Shown one piece after another: positions 1 through 13,089 of a stretch of DNA of 64,000 nt; the first letter of the stretch is position 1, and every line of letters begins with the position of its first letter. Under the pieces are notes generated by a model. That model worked only from the letters and a program-made list of their open reading frames with translations, made no database searches and was not told the origin of the DNA. The DNA comes from Candidatus Eiseniibacteriota bacterium. GTDB taxonomy: Bacteria; Eisenbacteria; RBG-16-71-46. The stretch lies in NCBI GenBank assembly GCA_963776245.1, contig CAVZLN010000003.1, positions 256,001 through 320,000 of the forward strand, in the 5' to 3' direction. Made by a program: the position numbers and the translations under genes.

Positions 1-945
1 CGGATCATGACGCCGTGGACGCTCTCGATCGCCTACCGGCGCTGCCAGCAGGGCGTGCTCATCCGCTTCGGAGGCGCGCGCGCCGTGGGCGTCGGCACCG
101 CCGTGCGGCTGGGCGCCAACGCGGCGGTGCTCGCGATCGGCGCGGCGCTCGGCACGTTGCCCGGCATCGCGGTCGGCACCTCCGCAGTCGCGGTCGGCGT
201 GGTCGCCGAGGCCATCTACGCCGGTTTCGCGGTGCGCCCGGTGCTGCGCGGCCCGCTGCGCCAGGCGCCCGCCGTGACCCCCGCGCTCACGCCCGCCGCG
301 TTCCTGCGCTTCTACCTGCCGCTCATGGTCACGCCGCTGTTCGCGTTCCTCTCCATGCCGCTCTCGGCCGCCGCCATGAGCCGCATGCCGCTGGCGCTCG
401 AGTCGCTCGCCGCCTCGCCCGCGGTGAACGGGCTGGTGTTCGCGCTGCGCAGCACGGGGTTCGCGCTCAATGAGGTGGTGGTGGCGCTGCTCGACCGGCC
501 GCACGCGCTCGCCGCGCTGCGCCGCTTCACCTGGGGGCTCGCGGCCGTGGTCTCGGGGCTGCTCCTGAGCCTCGCGGCCAGCCCGCTCGGCCACCTGTGG
601 CTCGCGCATGTCGCCGCGCTGCCGCCCGAGCTGGTCGGGATGGCGCACGTCGCACTCTGGCTGTCGCTCCTGCTCCCCGGCCTCAGCGCGCCGCAGAGCC
701 TCTTCCAGGGCGCCATCGTGCACAGCCGCGCGACCCGCGCGGTGACCGAGTCGGTGCTGGTGTTCATCGCCGTGGTGTGCGCGGCGCTGGCCACCGGGGT
801 GGCGCTCCAGCGCGGCGCCGGGCTGTGGACCGCGAGCGTGGCCTCGGTGGCGGGCTACGCCGCGCAGGTGGGCTGGCTGTGGTGGCGGTCGCGCGGCACG
901 CTGCGCGCGCTCACCGCCGCGGATCGCGCGACCTCGCCCGCCTGA
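1..945 (+). CDS. MATE/ANKH-like multi-pass membrane protein, 5'-truncated
   Basis: Frame open from base 1; many hydrophobic helices; 'YRRCQQGVLIRFG' and 'FLRFYLPL' segments resemble MATE/ANKH-like exporters. Confidence 0.6.
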   Translation, partial: RIMTPWTLSIAYRRCQQGVLIRFGGARAVGVGTAVRLGANAAVLAIGAALGTLPGIAVGTSAVAVGVVAEAIYAGFAVRPVLRGPLRQAPAVTPALTPAAFLRFYLPLMVTPLFAFLSMPLSAAAMSRMPLALESLAASPAVNGLVFALRSTGFALNEVVVALLDRPHALAALRRFTWGLAAVVSGLLLSLAASPLGHLWLAHVAALPPELVGMAHVALWLSLLLPGLSAPQSLFQGAIVHSRATRAVTESVLVFIAVVCAALATGVALQRGAGLWTASVASVAGYAAQVGWLWWRSRGTLRALTAADRATSPA

Positions 946-960
946 GCGGGCCCGCGATCC

Positions 961-1677
961 TCACCCCACGATCGCCGGCAGCGCCTCGCCCGCCTTCGCC
1001 CGCACCGCGATCACGCCCGGCGTGGAGCCGGACTGGTCGGGATTCACCTCGATCACCGGGATGCCGCGGTGCAGCGCCGCGTTCACCAGCCCGGCGGCCG
1101 GGTACACGACATTGCTGGTGCCGACCACAAGCACCACGTCGGCCCGGTCGATGGCGTCGTGGGCGCGCTCCATCACGCCCGCGGGCAGGCTTTCGCCGAA
1201 CCACACCACCCCCGGCCGCTCCATCCCGCCGCACGCGCAGTACGGTGGCAGCGAGGGCAATGGCGTGGCGCGGTCCGCGCGCTCGGCGCCACACCGGGTG
1301 CAACGCAGGGTCCACAGGTCGCCGTGAAGGCGGAGCACCGCGCGGCTGCCGGCGAGCGCATGCAGCCCGTCCACGTTCTGGGTGACGAGGGTGAACGACT
1401 CCACGCGCTCTTCGAGTCTCACCAGCGCCAGGTGCCCCGGGTTCGGTCGCGCGGCGGCGATCAGGCCGCGCCGCCAGTCGTACCACTGCCACACCAGCAG
1501 CGGATCGCGCGCGAACGCCTGCGGGGTGGCGAGGTCCTCGGGACTATAGGTGCGCCACAGCCCGCCCGGGCCGCGGAACGTGGGCACGCCGCTCTCCGCC
1601 GAGATGCCGGCCCCGGTGAGCGCGACCACGCGGACCGCGCCCTCGAGCAGCGCGCGCGAACGGGCGATGGCGTCCAT
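961..1677 (-). CDS. cobB: NAD-dependent protein deacylase (Sir2/CobB, class III)
   Basis: GAGISAESGVPTFRG, TQNVDGLH, HG, CTRC..CAC zinc motif, RPGVVWFGE, GTS; YxxR (WYDWRR) typical of desuccinylases; start placed 7 nt after TAGCAT. Confidence 0.95.
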   Translation of the reverse strand: MDAIARSRALLEGAVRVVALTGAGISAESGVPTFRGPGGLWRTYSPEDLATPQAFARDPLLVWQWYDWRRGLIAAARPNPGHLALVRLEERVESFTLVTQNVDGLHALAGSRAVLRLHGDLWTLRCTRCGAERADRATPLPSLPPYCACGGMERPGVVWFGESLPAGVMERAHDAIDRADVVLVVGTSNVVYPAAGLVNAALHRGIPVIEVNPDQSGSTPGVIAVRAKAGEALPAIVG

Positions 1678-1750
1678 GGCGGGCATGCTAACGCAGACCG
1701 GCCCGGCGCAGGGGAGCGCCGGGCCGGTCGTGTCGTCGATCATCGCGCGA

Positions 1751-2431
1751 TCAGCGCCCGAAGTGGTGCTCGAGGCCGACGATGAACCGTGGCGCCACCG
1801 ACGGCTGGTGGATGGCGCGATCCGCGTCATGCCAGGTGTAGTCCCCGACCGGGCTGATCGACGTGCCATCCGGGCTGTACCAACTGTCGTGGCCCGCCAA
1901 CTGGGACTTGGCGAACCAGTCGAGGCCGCCACTCACCATCAGCTCGGTCTCGGGACCGGTGGGCCAGCGCCGTTCGAGCGTGCCGCCGAAGCCCCACTGG
2001 TCGGTGGTGATGAAGAACGTCTCGTTGCCGCCGATGAAGTCGAAGTCGCCACGGAACTTCGAGTAGCGCGGGCCCGCCGCCAGCCACCATTCGCGCAACG
2101 GCCCCCCGTTCATCCTCCGCATCACGTCGAGCCGGAGGTCCCAGCGATGGCCGCTCTTGATGGGATCGCCATTGCTGTTCCCATTGATGAACACGTGCCG
2201 GGCCTCGAGCGCGTCGCCGGGATCGAGCCGCCAGTAGCCCACTCCGAACCGCGCGGAGACGGGCAGCCCCTGAGCCAGGTCGCTGAAGGTGAGGTCGGCG
2301 TTCCCGCCGATCCCGGCGTTGGCGCCGAGCGCGAGCCCGCCGGCCGACTTCACCGTCGCGGAGGCGGGCGGCGCGGCGGCGATCAGGATGGCCGCGAGCA
2401 GGCAGACGGAAAGCAGCAGTCGTCGCTTCAT
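1751..2431 (-). CDS. Putative outer-membrane beta-barrel protein
   Basis: Signal peptide MKRRLLL...ASA; alternating aromatic beta-strands; ends FIVGLEHHFGR; GGAGG RBS upstream. Confidence 0.65.
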   Translation of the reverse strand: MKRRLLLSVCLLAAILIAAAPPASATVKSAGGLALGANAGIGGNADLTFSDLAQGLPVSARFGVGYWRLDPGDALEARHVFINGNSNGDPIKSGHRWDLRLDVMRRMNGGPLREWWLAAGPRYSKFRGDFDFIGGNETFFITTDQWGFGGTLERRWPTGPETELMVSGGLDWFAKSQLAGHDSWYSPDGTSISPVGDYTWHDADRAIHQPSVAPRFIVGLEHHFGR

Positions 2432-2691
2432 GGTCATGACCTCCGGTGCGGAAGAGACGGCCAGGGACACCCGTCTCTTACAAGCTCCGTGCCCGGAGCG
2501 AGGGGCATGCAGCCGGTCCGCCGTGGGATGCCCGCCGGCGGCGTATCGCGCTGGCGCGCAGCGGCGTGAACGCCCGGCGTTCCGGGGTGCGACGCCCGGG
2601 CCCGCGTTGCGCATCGCCGGATCGCCGCATCCTGCACGGCGACGCACGCGCCATCCGCGATGTCGGGGCACCGGCGAGGGCGAGGGGCGCG

Positions 2692-3591
2692 CTACCGGTA
2701 CAGCGTCTTCACGCGGCCCCAGGTGCTGCCCGACGACGCCGTGGTGACCTGCCACACGTCGGTGATGGGCGTCGCCGTCGAGGCCCCGGCGAACGGCGCC
2801 AGCCCGAGGCCGTCGGTGATGGTGCGCAGCAGGCTGTAGTGGCTCGCGCGCCCGGTGCTGGTGAAGCCGCTCTTCACCGTGGCGCCTGCGAACACTGTGA
2901 GGATGTGGTTGCTCGAGCTGCCGTCGTCCTCGTCCCACGTCAGGATCACGACCCCATTGGGGCCCACCGCGGTGATCATCGCCGGCAGGTTCGCCGCCAG
3001 CCACGCGTCCCCGACCGCGAGCGCGCAGTTGTGCGTGTTGTCGCACTGGTCGGGGATCACGTACGCCAGCGCCGGCAGCGTGTTCGCCGCGATGTCGGCG
3101 GCGAGGTCCGAGTACGGGCGCTCGTTGGTGTGGGTCAGGTTGGAGAAGTACGACCACGGGCAGTGCCGGCGCACGTAGTTGGTCGCGGTGCACGCGGTGC
3201 TCCCGACCGTCGGCAGCGCCTCGGCGTACGAGCGCCAGGGCTTGCCGGCAGCCTCGCAGGCATGACCGAGGTTCTCGTAGGGCCACGGCGATCCCGCCGG
3301 CGGGCACACGTCGTTGGAGATCCCGAGCGTGCTGCCGCACCACATCGCGATGTAGTTGGGCTGTGACGGGTGGGTGTCGGCGAAGAAGTTCGAGCATGCG
3401 CTGTTGGCGGCGATCAGGCTGGCGGTGTAGGGCAGCACGCGGGTCTGGTCGTAGCTCTTGTTCTCCATCACCACCACGATCACGTGATCGAGGGGTGGGA
3501 CCCCGAGCGCGGACGCGGTCGCGGGCACGCCGGCCGCGAGGGCCAGCAGGGCGAGGAATGGGAGCACGGATGCGGAGGCGCGGTGTCTCAT
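2692..3591 (-). CDS. Secreted phosphoesterase / acid phosphatase (SapM/PlcC-like) with C-terminal TWGRVKTLYR tail
   Basis: Signal peptide; DHVIVVVMENKSY, THPSQPNY, YVRRHCP, TWDED and SHYSLLRTI motifs. Confidence 0.88.
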   Translation of the reverse strand: MRHRASASVLPFLALLALAAGVPATASALGVPPLDHVIVVVMENKSYDQTRVLPYTASLIAANSACSNFFADTHPSQPNYIAMWCGSTLGISNDVCPPAGSPWPYENLGHACEAAGKPWRSYAEALPTVGSTACTATNYVRRHCPWSYFSNLTHTNERPYSDLAADIAANTLPALAYVIPDQCDNTHNCALAVGDAWLAANLPAMITAVGPNGVVILTWDEDDGSSSNHILTVFAGATVKSGFTSTGRASHYSLLRTITDGLGLAPFAGASTATPITDVWQVTTASSGSTWGRVKTLYR

Positions 3592-3778
3592 CGGAGCGGT
3601 CGTCCTTTGGGGTGCGGCTGCTTTACGCCCATGGGATGGCGCAGGGAGCCGGTGGTCGGGGCGGCGGGATGGCCACCGTGGGCGACGATTATGGGGGCCC
3701 GGCGGGGCGGCGTCCACGGTTTCATGCGTCCGACGGTGCGATTCTCATGTCTTCCCGGCGCGCGGGATGGTGGCGCCG

Positions 3779-4444
3779 TCAGCGCGCCAGCGGCTTCACC
3801 GCCTGTCTGCCCCACAATTCCTCGAGCCGCCGGTCGCGGCCGCAGCCGAGGCGATAGCGGTGGTAGCTCTCCGGGTTCTTCGTCCCAAAGTCCTGGTGGT
3901 AGGCCTCGGCGGGATAGAACGTCCCGGCGGCCATGATGCGCGTGACGATGGGCCGTTTCACCACACCCGATGCTTCGAGGGCGCGCTTCGAGGCCTCCGC
4001 CTGCCGCCGCTGGCCCTCGCCGTGCACGAAGATGGCCGAGCGGTACTCGGTGCCGCGGTCGCAGAACTGCCCGTCGTCCTGGGTCGGGTCGATGCTGTGC
4101 CAGAACAGGTCGAGCAGCCGGTCGTACGAGACGCGCGCCGGGTCGAAACGGATCTCCACCGATTCGAGGTGGCCGGTGCTCCCGGAGCCGACCTCCTCGT
4201 AGGTCGGATCGGGCCTGGTCCCGCCGGTGTACCCGGACACCACGGAGAGCACCCCGGGCCGCCGTTCGAACTGGGTCTCCATGGTCCAGAAGCACCCGCC
4301 CGCGAACGTCGCGACCTCGACGCGCGGCCCCGCCGGCGCACTCGCAGGTCGCGGCGAGGAGCCGGGCGCGGCAAGCGCGCGGGTGGAGAACGCGAGCGCG
4401 AACACGACGAGCGCGGCGGCGTGGACGGGGCGTACGGGACGCAT
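3779..4444 (-). CDS. msrA: Peptide-methionine (S)-S-oxide reductase, exported
   Basis: FAGGCFW, SGYTGG, FYPAEAYHQ and C-terminal GCGRD; N-terminal signal peptide; GGAGGG RBS. Confidence 0.95.
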   Translation of the reverse strand: MRPVRPVHAAALVVFALAFSTRALAAPGSSPRPASAPAGPRVEVATFAGGCFWTMETQFERRPGVLSVVSGYTGGTRPDPTYEEVGSGSTGHLESVEIRFDPARVSYDRLLDLFWHSIDPTQDDGQFCDRGTEYRSAIFVHGEGQRRQAEASKRALEASGVVKRPIVTRIMAAGTFYPAEAYHQDFGTKNPESYHRYRLGCGRDRRLEELWGRQAVKPLAR

Positions 4445-4563
4445 GGGACTCCCTCCGGGGACCGATCGGGGCTGCCTGAGGTGGGTGCGGTGCATCCGCT
4501 TGGATGCGGCGAACCCACCGGGGACGCGGTCGAGTGGGGCCCGACCCGTCACGTGACGCGGGG

Positions 4564-5874
4564 TCAGGGCGCGGTGCTCACGACCTCGGCGGGCTCACCG
4601 GGCGTCGCGCCGGCCGCGCCGTCCGCCAGCCGAGCTTCGCGGGCGTGGCGCAGCCGGCGCGCGAGCGCCAGGTGTCCGGCGGACACCGTCAGTCCGATGA
4701 CCAGGCACGCCGACCACAACGCGACCCCGCCGGCCTGCTGGAGCACCATCGAACCGGCGGCGGGCGCGAGACAGGAGGCGAGCCCGAAGGAGAGGCCGTA
4801 GGCGCCCTGGTAGCGTCCGCGACCGCGCGCCGGCGCGAGGTCCGCGACCACCGCACTGGAGACCGGCAGCACGCCGACCTCGCCGATGGTCCAGATGCAC
4901 ACCCCCAGCGCGTAGAGCGGCGCCGTGGTGGCGAGCGCGTTCAGCCCGAAGCCGACCGCCACCAGCGCCGTCCCCATGGCGAGGGTGCGCGAGCGGTCGC
5001 GCCGCGCGAGGAACGGCCCGAGCAGCGGCTGCACCAGGACGATGATCACGCCGTTCAGTCCCAGGATCGCGCCGAAGGTCGCCCGCGGGATGCCGTGCGC
5101 GGTCATGTCGAGCGGGAACGCCGTCATGTGCTGCATGAAGATGAGCGCGAGCAGGAAGTTCAGGCCCAGGAACCGCACGAAGGTCGGATCGCGATAGGGC
5201 GCGAGGAAACCCGCGAGCCCCGAGATGGACGGCGACGATGGGGCCGACGGAGCGGACGCCGCGTGCGCGGCATGCGCCGGACGGGTCTCCGGCACGCCGC
5301 GCCACACCAGCAGCGCGAACAGCAGGCTGGTGAGTCCATCTCCCACGAACAGCAGGGTGAAGGACACGGTGGCGAGCAGGCCGCCCACGAACAGCCCGAT
5401 CGCGAAGCCGAGGTTGATCACCCAGTAGATCAGTCCGTAGGCGCGCACGCGATCGGCCGAGGTCACGAGGTCGGCGAGCGCGGCCTGCATCGCCGGCCGG
5501 TACATCTCGCTCACCAGCGCGACGCCGAAGGTGGCCGGGGCGATGATGTCGAGCCGGTGCGCCGATCCCAGCGCGATCATGCCGGTGCCGCCCACGCCGA
5601 GCGCGAGGACCATGGTGAACCGCCGCCCCACGTGGTCGGCGAGGGTGCCCCCCAGCGGCCCGGCGATGGCCGAGCCCGCGCCGTAGAGCGCCGCCACCAG
5701 CCCCGCCTGCATCACGGAGAAGCCGCGCACCTGGGTGAGATAGATCGCCAGGAAGGGCACCACGAAGGTGCCCATGCGGTTGACCAGCGTGCCGGTCCAC
5801 AGGAACCAGAACGGACGCGGCAGGCCGCCGGCGACTCCTCGGAGGCTCTCGCGTATGCGCGATGCGGGGATCAT
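4564..5874 (-). CDS. MFS transporter
   Basis: About 12 TM helices; motif A GTLADHVGRR. Confidence 0.92.
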   Translation of the reverse strand: MIPASRIRESLRGVAGGLPRPFWFLWTGTLVNRMGTFVVPFLAIYLTQVRGFSVMQAGLVAALYGAGSAIAGPLGGTLADHVGRRFTMVLALGVGGTGMIALGSAHRLDIIAPATFGVALVSEMYRPAMQAALADLVTSADRVRAYGLIYWVINLGFAIGLFVGGLLATVSFTLLFVGDGLTSLLFALLVWRGVPETRPAHAAHAASAPSAPSSPSISGLAGFLAPYRDPTFVRFLGLNFLLALIFMQHMTAFPLDMTAHGIPRATFGAILGLNGVIIVLVQPLLGPFLARRDRSRTLAMGTALVAVGFGLNALATTAPLYALGVCIWTIGEVGVLPVSSAVVADLAPARGRGRYQGAYGLSFGLASCLAPAAGSMVLQQAGGVALWSACLVIGLTVSAGHLALARRLRHAREARLADGAAGATPGEPAEVVSTAP

Positions 5875-6049
5875 GGAGGGCGCACCTTAGGAGGTGGGAG
5901 CCCTCGTTCGCAATGGGCTGGCCGTTGGCAGCGACAGCCGGGATGGATAGAAACCCCTTCTGCGGCCGGGATGCGGATGCTAGGGTCGACTCGCGACCGG
6001 GGCACCCATCATCGCGGAGCCCCCACCGGGCTCTGCCGCCGGAGGTCGC

Positions 6050-7927
6050 ATGACGTCGTCTTGCAGGGCCCGCTCGGTCCGATCGGGCCTGCTCGCACTC
6101 GCGCTCGCCGCCAGCGTCGCCAGCGCATCCCCGCCGACCGGTCCCCCACCGCCTTTCGACGCCGATCCCCTGGCCCCCTCCAGGCGCATCGTCGCGACGG
6201 GCTCCGACAACCTGAGGCTGCCCGATCCTGGGCCGTCGGGGGCAGGCACCGACTGGCGGCTGTTGATCGACCAGACGTGGGGACCGAGCCCTTACACCAT
6301 TCCCCAGATGCTCGATCTCTTCGACACGTTCTGGGACACCATCGACCGGCACTTCGCGTGTTTCCAGGGACTCGATGTCGATTGGACGGCGTTGCGGACG
6401 CGTTACCGGACGGAGATCGAGAGCGGGGTCTCGAATGGCCGGTTCACCGCGATCATGAATCATCTCGGCCTGGCACTGCGCGAATCTCACACCCACACCT
6501 ACTCGAGCGTCGACAACACCGCGCTCGATCCGGGCACGCCGCTGTTCGTGGTGGGCGGGTGGGGGAACAACTCGCACTTCGGAGCGGGCCTGACTCCGCT
6601 GCCTGACTCGTCCCTGCTGGTCTACAAGGTGATTCCGGATCATCCGCTCGGTCTGGTCCCGGGCGACATCGTCCTCGGCTACGAAGGGGTCCCCTGGAAG
6701 CAGCTCTACCGCGAGCTGCTCGCCGCGGAGTTGCCGCTCACGGGCTGGTGGTGGGGTTCGAGCTCCTCGTCGTGGACCCACTCCATGCTGATGTGCGCCG
6801 GGCTCAACTGGCACCTGTTCTCGACCATCGACGTGTTGAAGCACGACAGCGGCGAGACGCTCCACCTCTCGGTGGCGCCCCTGGTGGGTCTCAATGTCGC
6901 GCTCGACTGCAGCGAGCAACTCCCGGTCCCTGGCGTGCCCATGCCCGACTACCTCGGGACCGGTGACCTGGTGAGCTGGGGGCTCATCAGCGGGAGCCAG
7001 ATCGGTTACGTCTACGTCCGAGCGTGGACCGGGACCGCGGGCACCGAATTCGACAACGCCATCGATTCGCTGCTCACGAAGCACCAGACGACCGGCCTGA
7101 TCTTCGACTTCCGCACCAACTACGGCGGCAGCATGTCCCTCGCCTACCCCGGGCTACAGCGGCTCTTCAGGAGGCGGACGATCTACACGGTCGCCTTCGC
7201 GGAGCGCTGCGATACCACGGACCACCTGGCGATGTGTCCCTCTCCCAATGGTCCGCCGCTCAGTTACGTCATCCGTGGAACCGCCACCGCCGACTATGAC
7301 CACCCCATCGCGGTGCTGGTGGGGCCGGGAGCCATCAGCTCGGGAGACCAGGTCGCGAACCTGTTCCGCTACCACCCGCGGGCGCGCTTCTTCGGCAAGT
7401 CGACGTCGACGGCATTCAATTCACCGACCGTGCTGCCACTGCCGCTCTCGGGGTGGTTCGCGTTGTACGCCACCGCCGACGCCTATCGGGTCAGTGTGCC
7501 GGGGGACTACCTCACGCACGACGAGTTCCCGGTGGATCAACCGGTCTGGTTCGCTCCCGATGACGTGGCGCGCGGGTTCGACACCGTCGCCGGCGCGGCG
7601 ATCACCTGGATCAATGGGATCACCGGTGTCGAGGATGCCGTGGCGCCCCGCGCCGGCCTGCAGCCGGCCGCACCGAATCCCTTCCGCCGCGACACCCGGC
7701 TCCGGTTCGGCCTCTCGGTGGCGGGGCCGGCGAAGCTCGAGGTGTTCGACCTCGCCGGCCGCCGCTTGCGCGTGCTGCTGGACGAACGCTCGCTCACCGC
7801 CGGCACCCACGCCGCGACCTGGGACGGGCGCGACCAGGCGGGCCATCTCGTGCAGGCCGGGGTGTACCTGTGCCGGCTGGAGACCGGCAGCCACAGCGAG
7901 ATGCGGAGGATCGTACGATTGCGATGA
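6050..7927 (+). CDS. Secreted S41-family peptidase with PDZ-like and C-terminal FlgD-Ig domains
   Basis: Signal peptide; FDFRTNYGG and AISSGD catalytic region; C-terminal PNPF...FDLAGRRLRVL...WDGRD...AGVYLCRL. Confidence 0.85.
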   Translation: MTSSCRARSVRSGLLALALAASVASASPPTGPPPPFDADPLAPSRRIVATGSDNLRLPDPGPSGAGTDWRLLIDQTWGPSPYTIPQMLDLFDTFWDTIDRHFACFQGLDVDWTALRTRYRTEIESGVSNGRFTAIMNHLGLALRESHTHTYSSVDNTALDPGTPLFVVGGWGNNSHFGAGLTPLPDSSLLVYKVIPDHPLGLVPGDIVLGYEGVPWKQLYRELLAAELPLTGWWWGSSSSSWTHSMLMCAGLNWHLFSTIDVLKHDSGETLHLSVAPLVGLNVALDCSEQLPVPGVPMPDYLGTGDLVSWGLISGSQIGYVYVRAWTGTAGTEFDNAIDSLLTKHQTTGLIFDFRTNYGGSMSLAYPGLQRLFRRRTIYTVAFAERCDTTDHLAMCPSPNGPPLSYVIRGTATADYDHPIAVLVGPGAISSGDQVANLFRYHPRARFFGKSTSTAFNSPTVLPLPLSGWFALYATADAYRVSVPGDYLTHDEFPVDQPVWFAPDDVARGFDTVAGAAITWINGITGVEDAVAPRAGLQPAAPNPFRRDTRLRFGLSVAGPAKLEVFDLAGRRLRVLLDERSLTAGTHAATWDGRDQAGHLVQAGVYLCRLETGSHSEMRRIVRLR

Positions 7928-8033
7928 GGCGAACGCCGACGGCAGCGCCTGCGCGCGCCGCTCACTGGCGCCGGCCGTTGACGGTGGCGGTGGCGCCCTC
8001 CTATCCTCGCATCGTCCCATCCGGAGGCCGCAG

Positions 8034-8892
8034 ATGAGCCATCGTCACTCCGCTCCGCTCGTGTTCTTCGCCCTGGCGATCGTGGTGCTGACCACCCTGC
8101 CGGCGCCGGTGCGCGCGCGGCCCCGGCCCTCCGTCGCGGAAGGCCGGCGGCAAGCAGCCTGCTGCGGGACGCAGGCGGACTGGAAGAGTCCCTGCACGGT
8201 ATGGCCCGACTCCGCCCTGCCCGCCGGTTGGTACAACGACGGCAAGGCGCTGGAGGTGGGCTTCCGGTTCCGCAGCGCCGTGCCCGGGACAGTTGACCGC
8301 GATCCGGTTCCACAAGGGGGGCTCGAGCCGTGGTCCCCACGTCGGGCATCTCTGGACCGACGAAGGCCGGCTGATCGCGGAGGTCCGGTTCCAGCGTGAG
8401 AGCGCCGCGGGCTGGCAGGTGGCGAAATTCAGGAAGCCGGTCGCGCTCGCGGAGGGCACGACCTACGTCGCGTCGGTGCATTGCGCCGACGGCGTCTTCC
8501 CTTTCACGGCCGGCTACTTCCGACGCGCGGTCGTGAATGGACCGCTCCGTGCGCTGGCGAGCGGGGAGGCCGGCGCCAACGGCGTCTTCAGTTACAGCCC
8601 GGAGACGGCTTTCCCGACCCGGACCTTTCGCAATGCCAACTACTGGGTGGACGTGGTCTTCAGGTACTCGGCGAAGTCGGCGGCGCGGGCCCGGGCCGCA
8701 CGAGGCCCATGTGTATGTCGTGGATCGCGGGATGGAGGCGGGCTCGATCCGCGCGGACTTGGCGGGCAGCAGCGGCGGATCGAAGAACTGGAGAGCCGTC
8801 TGCGGGCGCTCGAGGCCGATGTCGAGGCGCTACTCGGGGAACTCGGCGAGCCCGACGAGTCCCCGCCGGACTCCCTGGAATCCGAGTGGTGA
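8034..8892 (+). CDS. Secreted DUF4082-domain protein, frameshifted near 8292
   Basis: Signal peptide then LEVGFRFRSAVPGTV; continues in another frame as TAIRFHK..GHLWT..GWQ..YVASVH..NYWVDVVF; coiled-coil tail. Confidence 0.7.
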
Positions 8893-8902
8893 CGCCGCCC
8901 CG

Positions 8903-9196
8903 CTAGGCTTCGGCCTGCGCCACCAGCCCCTCGGGCACGCCACTCACCGCGTCGGCGAGCACCGTGGCGCGGTTGTTCGAGACCTCGAAGAACCCGCCGC
9001 TCACCTGCATCACGAACTCGGCGCCGCCGGGCCGGCGCAGCGTCAGCTTGCCCATCGCCAGTCCGCTCACCAGCGCCGCGTGGTGCGCGAGCACGCCGAG
9101 GTACCCCTCGGTGCCCGGCACCTGCACGTACTCCACCGGGCCCTCGAAGATCGAGCGCTCGGGCGTCAGGATGGACAACTGGAAGGTCGAGGCCAT
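8903..9196 (-). CDS. atpC: ATP synthase F1 epsilon subunit (short, 97 aa)
   Basis: LSILTPER, GYLGVLAHHAAL, VSGGFFEV; last gene of the atp operon. Confidence 0.93.
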   Translation of the reverse strand: MASTFQLSILTPERSIFEGPVEYVQVPGTEGYLGVLAHHAALVSGLAMGKLTLRRPGGAEFVMQVSGGFFEVSNNRATVLADAVSGVPEGLVAQAEA

Positions 9197-9200
9197 GCGG

Positions 9201-10670
<1,470 letters not shown>

Positions 10671-11528
10671 CTAGGTCAGCGCGTCCGCACCGGCCACGAT
10701 CTCGGACAGTTCCTTGGTGATGACGGCCTGGCGCAGCCGGTTCCGCTTCAGGACCAGCATGTCGATCATCTCGCCGGCGTTCTTGCGCGCCGAGCCCATC
10801 GCCACCATGCGCGCGCCGTGCTCGCTCGCCAGCGAGTCGGCCAGCGCCGCGAACATCCGGGCCGCGGCGTAGCGCGGCAGCAGTTCGGCGAAGATGCTCT
10901 CGGCGTCGGGCTCGAAGATGGCGTTGGAGTCGCGCGGCGGCTGGCCTTCGACGTCGGCGCCCACCGGCAGGAAGGGCTCGGACACCACGTGGCGCACCAT
11001 GGCGTTCACGTACCGGGTGTAGAGCACCTCGACGCGGTCGACCTGGCCGGAGACGTACAGGGCGATCAGGTCCTGGGTGAGGGTGCGCACGAAGTCGAGG
11101 CTCACCTCGGCCGGGAGCTCGGTGTAGGTAGCGAGCACCGGATACTTGCGCCGCTTGAAGTAGTCGCGCGCCTTGCGGCCCACCAGCACCAGCGGCAGCG
11201 TGCCGGCCTCGGCCTTGCGCAGGCGGACCTCCGCGGCGCGGATGACGTTGGCGTTGTAGGCGCCCGCCAGGCCGCGGTCCGAGCACACCACCACCAGCGC
11301 GGTGCGCTGCACCTCGCGCGTCTGGAGCAGCGGGTGTTCGAGCTCGGCGCCGGCGCCCGCGAGGTTGCCGAGCATCTCGGTGATCTTGGCGGCGTACGGG
11401 CGCGCCGCGGTGGCGCGCGCCTGCGCGCGGCGCAGCTTCGCCGCGGCCACCATCTCCATGGCCTTGGTGATCTGCTGCGCGCTCCGGGTCGAGCGGATGC
11501 GCTTGCGGATGTCCTTCAGCGACGCCAT
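10671..11528 (-). CDS. atpG: ATP synthase F1 gamma subunit
   Basis: QITKAMEMVAAAKLR, SDRGLAGAYN, RQAVITKELSEIVAGA. Confidence 0.99.
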   Translation of the reverse strand: MASLKDIRKRIRSTRSAQQITKAMEMVAAAKLRRAQARATAARPYAAKITEMLGNLAGAGAELEHPLLQTREVQRTALVVVCSDRGLAGAYNANVIRAAEVRLRKAEAGTLPLVLVGRKARDYFKRRKYPVLATYTELPAEVSLDFVRTLTQDLIALYVSGQVDRVEVLYTRYVNAMVRHVVSEPFLPVGADVEGQPPRDSNAIFEPDAESIFAELLPRYAAARMFAALADSLASEHGARMVAMGSARKNAGEMIDMLVLKRNRLRQAVITKELSEIVAGADALT

Positions 11529-11538
11529 GCGGCTCCGA

Positions 11539-13047
<1,509 letters not shown>

Positions 13048-13089
13048 GGGTGCGAACCCCGATCTGGTGGTGGTGTCAGCTCAGCGTGG

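Noticed and set aside
961..1677. Sir2 protein as an anti-phage (Thoeris/DSR-type) effector
   Set aside because: It is a canonical zinc-binding CobB deacylase with no defence-gene context.
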